Below, piece by piece: positions 9,766 to 18,879 of a stretch of 64,000 nucleotides of DNA. The position numbers and the translations under genes are program-made. The notes beneath the pieces are model-generated. The model made no database searches, was not told where the DNA came from, and was given only the letters and a program-made list of their open reading frames with translations. This stretch comes from Armatimonadota bacterium. GTDB lineage: Bacteria; Armatimonadota; UBA5829. The stretch covers positions 1,581 to 65,580 of the forward strand of contig JARYME010000002.1 of assembly GCA_029907315.1 (NCBI GenBank). Reading direction: 5' to 3'. Each line of letters opens with the position of its first letter. Position 1 is the first letter of the stretch.

Positions 9766-10841
9766 ATTCGACTCCTTTCGTCGGTATATAGAGCGTTTAT
9801 CGTTTGCGTTTTTGGTATTGATGTGGATTGTCTCACAACCAGCTCAACAGGCAAACAAACTTTCTCCTGCGTGCTTCTGCCGAGTCTGATTGCCTCGTTG
9901 AGAATTTGCACGCATTTTGCTCCAACTTGGTCAGCGGGCACACGCACGGTTGTCAGGGGCGGTTCCTCGAGTGATGCTATCTCATCATCGTCAAAACCTA
10001 CGATGCTGATCTGCTCGGGCACCTTTAGGCCGTATTCTCTAAGGGCGCCTATAGCTCCATGTGCTGCGCGGTCGCTGCCGGCAACCAAGGCGGTGAATTC
10101 ATCTCCTCTACAGAGGAGTTCCCTCGCTGATCTTTCGCCCATACGAACGGCATCTGCGCCGTCTTTACCCACAGGCGGCAGCGGTAACAAATTTGCTTCG
10201 CGCATCGCGTCGCAGTAGCCTTGGTAGCGCCGCCGGTACCACGGCAGGCTTGTGTCTCCAATGAAAACTATCTGCCTATGACCCAGAGCAAGCAAATGTT
10301 CTGTAGCTCTTCGTGAACCTTCCTGCTCATCGACATATACTGCGCTCCTGGGAGCGGGTTTGTCGTCGTTTATCAGGTTAGTTCCGAACACCACATACGG
10401 AAGCTCAAGCTGCTCCATGGCCTCGACTATGTTGGCGTAGTTGGTGCCTGCCAAGATCACTCCATCGATCAATCCCCGCGCGGCAAGCAGCTGCGGAAGC
10501 CGGATATCGGAAGGTTGAGTGTCCGCGTCGTAGGTGCAGCAGGCGTATACAATTTGGATACCTATCAATTCGGCTTGCTCTGCTGCTCCTTGGAGCACTT
10601 GCCCGTGGACGGCGTGTGCAAACGGCCGGTTGGAAAGCAGGAAACAAATCATCCCCGAATTGCCGTGTGCGAGAAGCCGCGCTCGAAAGTTGGGTTTGTA
10701 ACCAAGCTTTTGGATGCTCTGTTTGACCCGTTCGATCGTTTGCGGGTTGACTCTCCAGGGCTCGTTCAGCACCCTGGATACGGTTGCCGTTCCGACTCCG
10801 GCATCAGCAGCTACTTCGCGAATTGTGATGGGTTTAGGCAT
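9762..10841 (-). CDS. LacI family transcriptional regulator
   Basis: ITIREVAADAGVGTATVSRVLN helix-turn-helix, LGYKPN hinge, VPEQISIVGFDD..PPLTTV. Confidence 0.96.
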   Translation of the reverse strand: MPKPITIREVAADAGVGTATVSRVLNEPWRVNPQTIERVKQSIQKLGYKPNFRARLLAHGNSGMICFLLSNRPFAHAVHGQVLQGAAEQAELIGIQIVYACCTYDADTQPSDIRLPQLLAARGLIDGVILAGTNYANIVEAMEQLELPYVVFGTNLINDDKPAPRSAVYVDEQEGSRRATEHLLALGHRQIVFIGDTSLPWYRRRYQGYCDAMREANLLPLPPVGKDGADAVRMGERSARELLCRGDEFTALVAGSDRAAHGAIGALREYGLKVPEQISIVGFDDDEIASLEEPPLTTVRVPADQVGAKCVQILNEAIRLGRSTQEKVCLPVELVVRQSTSIPKTQTINALYTDERSRI

Positions 10842-10857
10842 ACGACCGACGGGTCTG

Positions 10858-10871
10858 TGGAAACGATTTCA
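10858..10871. promoter_or_regulatory. Putative LacI-type operator TGGAAACGATTTCA
   Basis: Imperfect palindrome with central CG, typical of LacI-family sites; lies between the predicted promoter and the lacI start. Confidence 0.6.
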
Positions 10872-10884
10872 TGAACCGCGGTCA

Positions 10885-10914
10885 ATTCTACATCTCGCGA
10901 GACGAGGCGGTCAA
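10885..10914 (-). promoter_or_regulatory. Sigma70-type promoter of the lacI-transaldolase-like operon
   Basis: Minus strand TTGACC-N18-TAGAAT. Confidence 0.55.
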
Positions 10915-10928
10915 GAAGTTGCCGCACC

Positions 10929-11810
10929 TCACGTTTTCAGGCGCGATGCGATTGCTCTAATGTGATCGGGCGTCGTACCGCAGCAGCCGCCGACGAGTCT
11001 TGCCCCGGCCTCTACACACCTGAGAACACCCTGGGCAAAATCGTCCGGCTCAAGTTTGAAGATAACCCTGCCGCCGACTAACTCAGGTTTTCCGGCGTTT
11101 GGTTCAGCCGCCAAGGGTAGCTCTGTGAGATCTCTCATCTGCTGAATTATTTTGCTTGCCTCGATAGGGTCGACAGTTCCGCAGTTTGTGCCAATGACAT
11201 CTGCCCCAGCCTTGGCCAGCTCAGTTACTGCTTTCTCTATCGTGTCGCCCATCATGGTCCGAAATCCATTAGGCGTGGGATCAAACGAGATACAAGTTAT
11301 AACCGGAAGACCTGTTGTCTGCTTCGCAGCGCTGGTCGATATCGCCGCTTCTCTTACGTCGGTCATCGTTTCGATAATGATACAGTCCACGCCGGCGTCC
11401 ATAAGTAATTTCGCTTGTTCGGCTGCATTCTCAAAAAACTGTTCCTCAGTGTAATCGCCCAGCGGTTCAAGAAACTGGCCGGTCGAGCCCATATCGCCAC
11501 ACACGTAACAGTTATCGCCTGCCGCGTTTCTGCACAGTTCAACACCCTTGCGGTTGATTTCCTCGAACTCATCTTCCTTGCCCGCGTGTCGCAGGTAGAT
11601 TCTGTTAGCTGTGAGAGTATTGGTTAACAGTATATCTGCTCCTGCATCTCGGTAAGCCGCGTGAATTTGCGAGACGATTTCGGGACACAGCAGGTTTGCC
11701 ATCGGTCCGGGCTCACCTCCATGCGCAGCGATCTGGGTTCCGGTTGCCCCGTCGAAAATAAGTATCTTCCCGTTTGTTAACGCTTCGTAGAAGCTTATCA
11801 TGCTGTTCAC
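10929..11810 (-). CDS. Standalone homocysteine S-methyltransferase domain protein (MetH N-terminal/BHMT-like)
   Basis: DGATGT, H.AYRDAGADILLTNT, ETMTD, GTNC, PNAGKP and GGCCGTTPDHI Zn-binding motifs. Confidence 0.92.
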   Translation of the reverse strand: MNSMISFYEALTNGKILIFDGATGTQIAAHGGEPGPMANLLCPEIVSQIHAAYRDAGADILLTNTLTANRIYLRHAGKEDEFEEINRKGVELCRNAAGDNCYVCGDMGSTGQFLEPLGDYTEEQFFENAAEQAKLLMDAGVDCIIIETMTDVREAAISTSAAKQTTGLPVITCISFDPTPNGFRTMMGDTIEKAVTELAKAGADVIGTNCGTVDPIEASKIIQQMRDLTELPLAAEPNAGKPELVGGRVIFKLEPDDFAQGVLRCVEAGARLVGGCCGTTPDHIRAIASRLKT

Positions 11811-11839
11811 TCCCTCTGTGTCCTGTTGTCAATGCCGAA

Positions 11840-11868
11840 AGTATAAGAGGGATGCCGTGCGTTGTCAA
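11840..11868 (-). promoter_or_regulatory. Sigma70-type promoter
   Basis: Minus strand TTGACA-N17-TATACT upstream of the homocysteine methyltransferase gene. Confidence 0.65.
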
Positions 11869-11999
11869 AAGGTCGGGAGTGCGCGTAGCAGATGGGGCAA
11901 ATACTCCGTACTCTTAAGGTTGCTCACTGTCAGGTTTTGCAGTCGCGGTGCGAGGGGAATACTTTGACGTAAACCAATCGTCGTCAACTGAGGTGGGAA

Positions 12000-12629
12000 A
12001 TGAACGTCAATGTCTTGATTGTATTCTACAGCCGCTATGGAAATACCAGACTGCTTGCCGACGCCATTGCGGAAGGCGCTCAGCAAGCGGGGGCAGATGT
12101 GAGGGTGCGCCGCGTTGCCGACTTGGCTCCCGAAAACATTATGCGCCAAGATCAAGATTGGTGGTCGGCCCGTGCGCAGATGTCTGAGCTCTACTCAGAG
12201 CCCACAGATGAGGATCTGTTGTGGGCAGATGCGATAGTAATCGGCTGTCCAACCAGATTTGGTTCCCCTCCGGCTGAGTTGAAGCTTTTCCTCGACAAGT
12301 TGGGCCCTCTTTGGTTTCAGGGCAAGTTGGTCGACAAGGTTGGCTCTGCTTTTGTTACCACCGGAACTGTCCACGGCGGCAATGAGATGACTGTGCATTC
12401 TCTGCTTACGACAATGATGCACTTCGGAATGATTATCGTTCCGCCGGGATACGCTGATACATCGATGTTTGCTGCAGGTGCTCCATATGGAGCTAGTGCA
12501 GTCACCGGTCCAGAAAGCGACAAACCGCCGACTGAAGTAGACCTTGCTGCAGCGCGCTTCCAAGGCAAACGCACCGCTGAACGTGCTCTTATGCTCAAAA
12601 TCGGCAAAGCCTCGCTGACGTCCGGTTAG
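12000..12629 (+). CDS. wrbA: NAD(P)H:quinone oxidoreductase, WrbA family flavoprotein
   Basis: YSRYGNT, GCPTRFG, KVGSAF..TGTVHGGNE, HFGMIIV, GAPYGAS. Confidence 0.92.
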   Translation: MNVNVLIVFYSRYGNTRLLADAIAEGAQQAGADVRVRRVADLAPENIMRQDQDWWSARAQMSELYSEPTDEDLLWADAIVIGCPTRFGSPPAELKLFLDKLGPLWFQGKLVDKVGSAFVTTGTVHGGNEMTVHSLLTTMMHFGMIIVPPGYADTSMFAAGAPYGASAVTGPESDKPPTEVDLAAARFQGKRTAERALMLKIGKASLTSG

Positions 12630-12818
12630 GCTGGAATACACTCTCCGGTGGTGAGTGCCTAAACAGCCTTGTTTAACTGGACTTCCATTAGCACGCTGGG
12701 TAACGGTGAACACACACCGCCGTTTCCCGCTTGCTGCTTGACAGAATTTTTGCCGAGAGTAAAATGCAAGCAGGCGCTTTGCATGCTGTGCAGGCAACTC
12801 TCTGTTCTGAGGTAATAT

Positions 12819-13586
12819 GTGGTGAAGAGGTTAAGGGAAGGATTCACTCTGATAGAGCTTCTCGTCGTAATAGCCATAATTGCGATCCTTGCGGCTATCC
12901 TGTTTCCCGTTTTCGTTGCGGCCTCTGAAAGGAGCAGAGAAGCCTCTTGCAAGTCCAACATGAAGCAGCTTGCTATGGCAGTGCAGCTTTACTTGGGAGA
13001 TTGGGATTATTGCTACCCGGATCACACCAGTGTCGGCTTGCCGTACACGGGCCACGTGTATAACAACTCCATAGGTGGCGAGTGGATTAAGCAGTATGCC
13101 CACAGATACATGTCCGTCACCGCCCTGGGCAAGACTCCTGCCGGTCTGGGCAAAGTGTTGGGAAGGTACCTGAAGAATATGAACGTCTTCAAGTGTCCCA
13201 GCGAATGGAGAAAAAGACCTTCAAACGTGTGGGACTGGCTTCCCTACGAAGAGGGGTCTACCTACTACTACAAACATGCTCTTTGCTTCTATGCGAACTA
13301 TCATCAGAAGCCGCTAAGAATGTCGGCAGCGAAGTACCCCACAAAGGTTGCTATGATGTACGAGGCCGCGTGGCACTTGCGCGACGTTTGGCCGTTCATT
13401 TGGGACGTAAACTATTGGCGGCAGCAAACCGAGCGTCCAGATACCATACGCATCAATTGCATCTTTCTTGATTGCCACGTTGGAACAATCGACCTGCGCT
13501 ACAACGACATCAGCGCCTACGACGGCAACTGGTTTCTGTTTGTTCACGGGTGGGATCCTACGGTAGGAGGGCGCGACAAACTCTAG
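12819..13586 (+). CDS. Prepilin-type N-terminal cleavage/methylation (DUF1559-like) protein 1
   Basis: [38 protein letters not shown]-terminal NCIFLDCHV is a variant of the DG-H motif. Confidence 0.9.
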   Translation: MVKRLREGFTLIELLVVIAIIAILAAILFPVFVAASERSREASCKSNMKQLAMAVQLYLGDWDYCYPDHTSVGLPYTGHVYNNSIGGEWIKQYAHRYMSVTALGKTPAGLGKVLGRYLKNMNVFKCPSEWRKRPSNVWDWLPYEEGSTYYYKHALCFYANYHQKPLRMSAAKYPTKVAMMYEAAWHLRDVWPFIWDVNYWRQQTERPDTIRINCIFLDCHVGTIDLRYNDISAYDGNWFLFVHGWDPTVGGRDKL

Positions 13587-13633
13587 TCACGTCGGCTTTT
13601 CTCTCGGCGTAGATCACATCACTACTTGGTCTA

Positions 13634-15049
13634 CTAGACTTTAAGTACTCTGATCAGACTCGTGTTACCAGGCACGCCGACTGGTACGCCCGCAATTACC
13701 AAAACAGTATCGCCCTTTTTTATCAGTTTCGCGTCAAGAGACGCTTCGACGGCATTTTCAATGAGCGCATCCGTATCTCGTGCCATCTCGACACATATCG
13801 CTGTAACGCCCCAACACAAGGAAAGCCTTCGCGTTGTTTCTTCGCTCGATGCAGCGGCAATTATTTTGGCTTCAGGCCTGTACTTGGCAACAAGCCTTGC
13901 TGTGGTTCCGCCGTAAGTACAGGTGATTATTGCTGAAACTCGCAGGTCGGCAGACAACTTAGCGGCAGCCTCGCTTATGGCCTCGGTGACGTCTCTAGTA
14001 GGATATTCCAGGCGCTGAGCGCAGCAAGCTCTATATTCCGGCGATCGCTCTGTGCGTTTTGCTATTGCATCCATCATTTGCACGGCTTCGACAGGAAACA
14101 TACCAACAGCCGTCTCGCCTGAAAGCATCGTGGCGTCCGTCCCATCTATGATCGCGTTTGCTACATCAGTCACTTCTGCTCTGGTGGGACGAGGGTTTGA
14201 AATCATTGAGTCGAGCATCTGGGTAGCAGTTATCACTGGTTTGCCCGCGCGATTGCAGTACTTGATAATGGTCTTCTGAATCACAGGCACCTCGTGTATT
14301 GGCAGCTCTATTCCGAGGTCGCCGCGGGCAACCATGATCCCGTCATAAGTTTCGATTATGTCCGCAAGGTTCCTCACAGCCTCAGGTCGTTCGATCTTGG
14401 CGATCACAGGAGCGCTTTTGCCGACCTCGCGCATTACATTCTTCAGAGGCAACAAGTCGTCCGCCGATCGCACGAATGAACTGGCGACCCAGTCTACGCC
14501 CTGCTCCAAACCGAACCGCAGATCTTCCTTGTCCTTATCGGTTATCCCTGGTATCTCGTAACTGACTCCAGGAGCTGTGAACCCCTTATGGGGGTTCAGC
14601 TCCCCTCCGGTCACGACGGTCGTTACTATGTCGGTATCTGTGACCGAGGTAACTTTGAATTCCAGTTTCGCGTCGTCGACGTAGATCAACTGACCTCGCT
14701 TGATTTGCCTGAGGACTTCAGGATAGGGTAGACTGACTTCGTGCTCATTGCCTGCCACCGACCGGATTGTAAAAACGTATTGCTGACCCGGCTGGAGTCT
14801 TACCGGCGGGTTTTCGATGGTTCCTATGCGAATCTTTGGACCAGGCAAATCTTGCAGGATACCGACATTACGCCTGAGTTTCGCGCTTATTTGCCTTATG
14901 AGTCTTATCTTTTCGGCGTGTTCTGCGTGGGTGCCATGGGAGAAGTTCAGACGAGCGACGTCCATCCCAGCCCGTACCAGCTTTTCAATCATTTCGGGCG
15001 ATTCCGTGGCTGGACCTATGGTGCATACGATTTTTGTTCGCCGTGTCAC
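13634..15049 (-). CDS. pyk: Pyruvate kinase
   Basis: RRTKIVCTIGPA, RLNFSHG, DLPGPKIR, AKIER, MVARGDLG, ATQMLDSM, MLSGETA; GTG start at 15049 overlaps the upstream stop (GTGA). Confidence 0.97.
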   Translation of the reverse strand: MTRRTKIVCTIGPATESPEMIEKLVRAGMDVARLNFSHGTHAEHAEKIRLIRQISAKLRRNVGILQDLPGPKIRIGTIENPPVRLQPGQQYVFTIRSVAGNEHEVSLPYPEVLRQIKRGQLIYVDDAKLEFKVTSVTDTDIVTTVVTGGELNPHKGFTAPGVSYEIPGITDKDKEDLRFGLEQGVDWVASSFVRSADDLLPLKNVMREVGKSAPVIAKIERPEAVRNLADIIETYDGIMVARGDLGIELPIHEVPVIQKTIIKYCNRAGKPVITATQMLDSMISNPRPTRAEVTDVANAIIDGTDATMLSGETAVGMFPVEAVQMMDAIAKRTERSPEYRACCAQRLEYPTRDVTEAISEAAAKLSADLRVSAIITCTYGGTTARLVAKYRPEAKIIAAASSEETTRRLSLCWGVTAICVEMARDTDALIENAVEASLDAKLIKKGDTVLVIAGVPVGVPGNTSLIRVLKV

Positions 15050-15789
15050 TCTTGTATTTTCTCGCGGACTATCGTACCGTCGTAAGTTTCCTGTATTGAA
15101 CTTCCGGGCCGCACAATTAGAAATTCTTTCTCGTTCCAATCGCCGCTTGCAAGGCGAGTGAGCAGGCACGTATCGCCTCGAATTTCAACGTATTCCCAAC
15201 CTCTTTCAGAAGCCAGGTTCTTGGTAAACTCGCGATATGCCTCTATGTTGCCAAGACCGGTGTCTATAAAAGCCGCGCGTGTGTAGTGCTTCATCCACAG
15301 GGATTCCTGTTGAATGAGGAAGCGCGCGTTGTCCTCCCCGTACTTCCTTGCGTATTCTTCAAACCGCTCCTGGGCACGCTTCTCGTATGCATCATCGATA
15401 ATTCCCTGTTGTACCTCGCCGGTCTTGCGCTCGATCCAGCCTGGGCTGTAGTAATACGTTCCGGGATGCTGAGAAAATTCTTTGCTGTAACGTGCACGCG
15501 AGCCAAGAAGCAGCGTTATGCAGTCGTGTGCTCGAGGAATCACAAGAGGAATTTTACCGGCACGAATTCCGACGGTTCCCCGACTGCACAAACCATAACC
15601 AAGTGCGACATAGTCGTATCTTTCATACGGAGTTGCGTCGACCTCTTTCTGTAATTCCTTCCTGAGTTCTTCAGGGGTGTCGTGCAATCCGAATGGCATA
15701 AGTGTCAGGTCTACAATCTGGGGACTGACCGCAGCCGCGAACATAAGCTCGCGAGCGAACACCTCACATGCGATAATTTTGATTCTCAT
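15046..15789 (-). CDS. DUF1638 domain protein
   Basis: IIACEVFARE, GLHD.P, LGYGLC..G, PRAHDCITLLLGS, PGTYYYSPGW. Confidence 0.88.
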   Translation of the reverse strand: MRIKIIACEVFARELMFAAAVSPQIVDLTLMPFGLHDTPEELRKELQKEVDATPYERYDYVALGYGLCSRGTVGIRAGKIPLVIPRAHDCITLLLGSRARYSKEFSQHPGTYYYSPGWIERKTGEVQQGIIDDAYEKRAQERFEEYARKYGEDNARFLIQQESLWMKHYTRAAFIDTGLGNIEAYREFTKNLASERGWEYVEIRGDTCLLTRLASGDWNEKEFLIVRPGSSIQETYDGTIVREKIQE

Positions 15790-15821
15790 AGCGTCATTCT
15801 AGTTTTTGGCGGTGTAAACCG

Positions 15822-16757
15822 TCAATGCACGAACTCGACTGAGAACGTCACCGAGAAGAACACGGTTTCTCCCGGCTGGAGTATCTTTATAGTGTTTGTC
15901 TTTTCCCAGTCAGAACGGCCGAGTTCCATAAACGCGCCTAATCCTCGCGTCCAGGGTTCGATGCAGACGAAATCAGAGTTGTCGGGAGCGTAGACCACCA
16001 GGAACTCGGTGTTCTGGTCGAAATCAACATGAACGACCCTTCCTGCCTGCTTGTCCCAAAGCGACATTCGTCTGCCAACCAAGCCGGTGTAAAGATTATC
16101 GTAATAAACACCGGGGGCTAGCTTTAGCACGCCGTCAAAATCTTTCATCTCACCGGTCGGCAGAATAGTATCCGGCGTGAGAATAACTTCTTTCGTCGCT
16201 GGCAACTTGATCTCTACGCCTTTCCTTTCCGGATTTGAGACTCTGAAGTACGGGTGATAGCCGAATGCGACAGGCGCAGGTTTGGTGTCGGCGTTAGTAA
16301 TGCGCGCCCACAAGTCTATTCTGTCCGGTTTGAGAGTAAAACTTTGTGTAAGCCGAACGTCAAACGGGTAGCTTTCCTGGTGTACCTCTTCCGGTATGCA
16401 AATGTCGTACACGGAGGTTACCAGAAACGGCGTCTCCATAAGACCGGTTCGTTCGAAATGCGACTTAAACACGATTCCATGGTTCGGCATATGGTAGCGG
16501 TGCTCACTGCCGTAGATGCGGTACGGACCAAGTATGGGTTTGTCACCGGAGAGGTCCCAAGTTCGTCCTACTGCCGGGAATAATATCGGATTCCCTCCGC
16601 CGGTGATCTTGGCAGCCGATTCGGGCAGCTCCGGCGGACAATACATAAGTTCCATGCCGCGCGTGTTCCAAGAGATCAGATTACAGCCCCAAGTGCGCGC
16701 TACAGAGCATCGGCTTCCGTCTATCAGCTGATACTCGTCTATGATGTGCTTTGTCAT
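15822..16757 (-). CDS. Aldose 1-epimerase (galactose mutarotase-like) family protein
   Basis: GGNPILFP, MPNHG, YPF, FGYHPYF, FVCIEPW. Confidence 0.9.
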   Translation of the reverse strand: MTKHIIDEYQLIDGSRCSVARTWGCNLISWNTRGMELMYCPPELPESAAKITGGGNPILFPAVGRTWDLSGDKPILGPYRIYGSEHRYHMPNHGIVFKSHFERTGLMETPFLVTSVYDICIPEEVHQESYPFDVRLTQSFTLKPDRIDLWARITNADTKPAPVAFGYHPYFRVSNPERKGVEIKLPATKEVILTPDTILPTGEMKDFDGVLKLAPGVYYDNLYTGLVGRRMSLWDKQAGRVVHVDFDQNTEFLVVYAPDNSDFVCIEPWTRGLGAFMELGRSDWEKTNTIKILQPGETVFFSVTFSVEFVH

Positions 16758-16914
16758 TTTAGTGCGCCTCCCGAAAGCGGATAATGCGGCTTTCTATTTT
16801 AGCATGGCTGTAAACTCTACTGGGGTTTTTGTGCGAACGAGCTGCCAGGAATGGACATCATTCGTGATATAATGGCCGCAAACGGCATCAGGCTTCGCGG
16901 GAGGCAATTGCTGC

Positions 16915-17538
16915 TTGGACGAAATACTACGTGCAGTAACGACTTGGATAACGGCTAACGTAGCCAGCCTCGGCTATATAGGCATAGTTATTATGATGGG
17001 TATCGAAAGCGCATGCATCCCACTGCCCAGCGAAGTGATAATGCCATTCGGTGGCTACTTGGTCTACAAAGATCCTGCTCGTTTCAACATCTGGCTGATG
17101 GGGGTTGCCGGAGCGATTGGGTGTGTGTGGGGATCAGTGGTAGCCTACTGGGTCGGTTCGTATGGTGGGCGGCCGTTCATCGAGAAATACGGCAAGTACG
17201 TGCTGATTCGCCGCAAGGATCTTGACAAGGCGGACGCATTCTTCGCTAGATACGGCGACGCCGCAATCTTCATAAGCCGCCTGCTGCCGGTGGTTCGGAC
17301 ATTCATCTCTTTCCCTGCGGGTATAGCGCGCATGCGCTTTGGCAGATTTGTGGTTTATACGTTCTTGGGTTCATTCCCGTGGTGTCTGGGTCTAGCATAT
17401 TTGGGTAAGATACTGGGCAAGCAATGGGATACAAAGCTGCGCGCTTATTTTCACAAGGCAGACGCGCTCATTATTGCCGTCATACTTCTGCTTGTGGTGC
17501 TATATGTATTCCACCACATCAAATCGGAGAGAGAATAA
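16915..17538 (+). CDS. DedA family membrane protein
   Basis: ESACIPLPSEVIMPFGG, YGGRPF, RLLPVVRTFISFPAG. Confidence 0.94.
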   Translation: MDEILRAVTTWITANVASLGYIGIVIMMGIESACIPLPSEVIMPFGGYLVYKDPARFNIWLMGVAGAIGCVWGSVVAYWVGSYGGRPFIEKYGKYVLIRRKDLDKADAFFARYGDAAIFISRLLPVVRTFISFPAGIARMRFGRFVVYTFLGSFPWCLGLAYLGKILGKQWDTKLRAYFHKADALIIAVILLLVVLYVFHHIKSERE

Positions 17539-17606
17539 CTAGGGATAGAGAAATGGCAGTCACGTCCTGTGACCGCCATTTCCTTACTGCCTCGACCTTG
17601 GGTCGG

Positions 17607-18044
17607 TTACTGCGGTTGTGCGACCTCCTTGCCGAGTCCCGCAATAACATCGTCGGTAAGCGATTCGTTGAAAGCGTCCCAGCGTGACTTTTCCCACACC
17701 TCTATCTTGTCAGTAAGACCTATCAGCCACACACTGTCGCCCGGCTTTATTCCCGCGTGCTGCATTAGCATAGGCGGAATTGCGATTCGCCCCTGTCTGT
17801 CCGGTGTGCATTCGGCTGCTGCACCCAAAAAGAATCTTTCCAGCTTCAGAGCTCGCTCGTCCCAAAGAGATTTCGGCGTAAGAGCCTCTTGGACTCTGGG
17901 CCAAGTCGCCTGTGAAAAAATCCATAGGCAGCCGTGTAGTCCTCTGGTTATGTAGAACTTGTCTCCGAGCTTCTGGCGTAGACGTGCAGGGATAACCGTT
18001 CTTCCCTTGTCGTCTACAGTATGCTCATAAGCACCAGAAAACAT
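17607..18044 (-). CDS. mraZ: MraZ transcriptional regulator
   Basis: MFSGAYEHTVDDKGR..IPA and a second DRQGRI.IP repeat (two SpoVT/AbrB-like DXXXR motifs); IG..DKIEVW; 145 aa. Confidence 0.93.
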   Translation of the reverse strand: MFSGAYEHTVDDKGRTVIPARLRQKLGDKFYITRGLHGCLWIFSQATWPRVQEALTPKSLWDERALKLERFFLGAAAECTPDRQGRIAIPPMLMQHAGIKPGDSVWLIGLTDKIEVWEKSRWDAFNESLTDDVIAGLGKEVAQPQ

Positions 18045-18068
18045 CGGTCACTCCGTGAGACCGCTGCT

Positions 18069-18665
18069 TCAGCATGCGATCGTAAACGCCATATCACGTC
18101 GCGACTTCCTCCGCACGAGCCTTGCTTCCAGCAGGCATTTGAGGTTTCGTCGGTCCGCGTCGAGAAGAGCCCGCACGAAATCTCTTGTCTTCTGTTTACA
18201 CTTGTCGGCTGCGCAGCTCGAACAGTAGCGTCGGACGATCGAGTGTGGTCCCTTGCCGCTTATGACTATGGTGGCGGCCGGAAAAAGTTCTTTCTTGCCG
18301 CATATACCACAGCATGGTAGCGGCATCATCTTGCTTCCAGTTACCCGGCAGAGGTCCGAAATCACCTCAAGTGCAACTTCGTCGGCAGGATTCAGGTAGA
18401 AAGTGGAGTCGTAATGACTGCGGATAGCTGCAGCTATCTCATCCAAAATTTCGGTCCATGCAGAGTTGACTTGGACGGCGTAGCTTACCAGTCGGCCTGT
18501 CGACAGCTTGTACGTCTGGGCGACCGATCCGATTTCGGCGAAGAATTCATCGAGCTGTTTTCGTTGCTGTGAAGCGTGTGCCTCTATCGCATAGATCGCG
18601 CGGGCGCCACTCAGCTGATCTTCGAGCATTTGGTTGCATAAGCCACGTTTGGGTTCGAATATCAA
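18069..18665 (-). CDS. Hypothetical protein with C4 zinc-finger-like motif
   Basis: CGICGK...YCSSC. TTG start at 18665 chosen because of a GGGGG RBS-like sequence and because the longer ORF start lies inside the promoter-proximal repeats. Confidence 0.6.
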   Translation of the reverse strand: MIFEPKRGLCNQMLEDQLSGARAIYAIEAHASQQRKQLDEFFAEIGSVAQTYKLSTGRLVSYAVQVNSAWTEILDEIAAAIRSHYDSTFYLNPADEVALEVISDLCRVTGSKMMPLPCCGICGKKELFPAATIVISGKGPHSIVRRYCSSCAADKCKQKTRDFVRALLDADRRNLKCLLEARLVRRKSRRDMAFTIAC

Positions 18666-18712
18666 TCCGCTACCCCCATGCCTACCAAAGTGCCTGAATC
18701 CATGGGGCAATT

Positions 18713-18770
18713 TACCATTTAATACCACTATCTACCCCAAGATTATAATCACCTACCACTGCTCTGTCAA
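18713..18770 (-). promoter_or_regulatory. Consensus sigma70 promoter with 10-bp-phased MraZ-type boxes
   Basis: Minus strand TTGACA (18770-18765)-N17-TATAAT (18747-18742), followed by GGGGTA/GTGGTA/ATGGTA at 10-bp spacing, with a further GTGGTA in the spacer. Confidence 0.75.
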
Positions 18771-18879
18771 TAGGTCAACAAGTGCAGAGTAGAAACTTTT
18801 TTGCAGCTTTTCGTGCTACAATTGTGCTAGACAAAAACGCGGCACCGCGCTGGCCAGATGCGGTCGACGGAGGAAGAAA

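Noticed and set aside
15050..15169. Extended pyk start (similar over-extensions at 1375, 24554, 28051, 33621, 35691, 38013)
   Set aside because: The extensions overlap neighbouring genes or lack an RBS; downstream starts match family N-termini.
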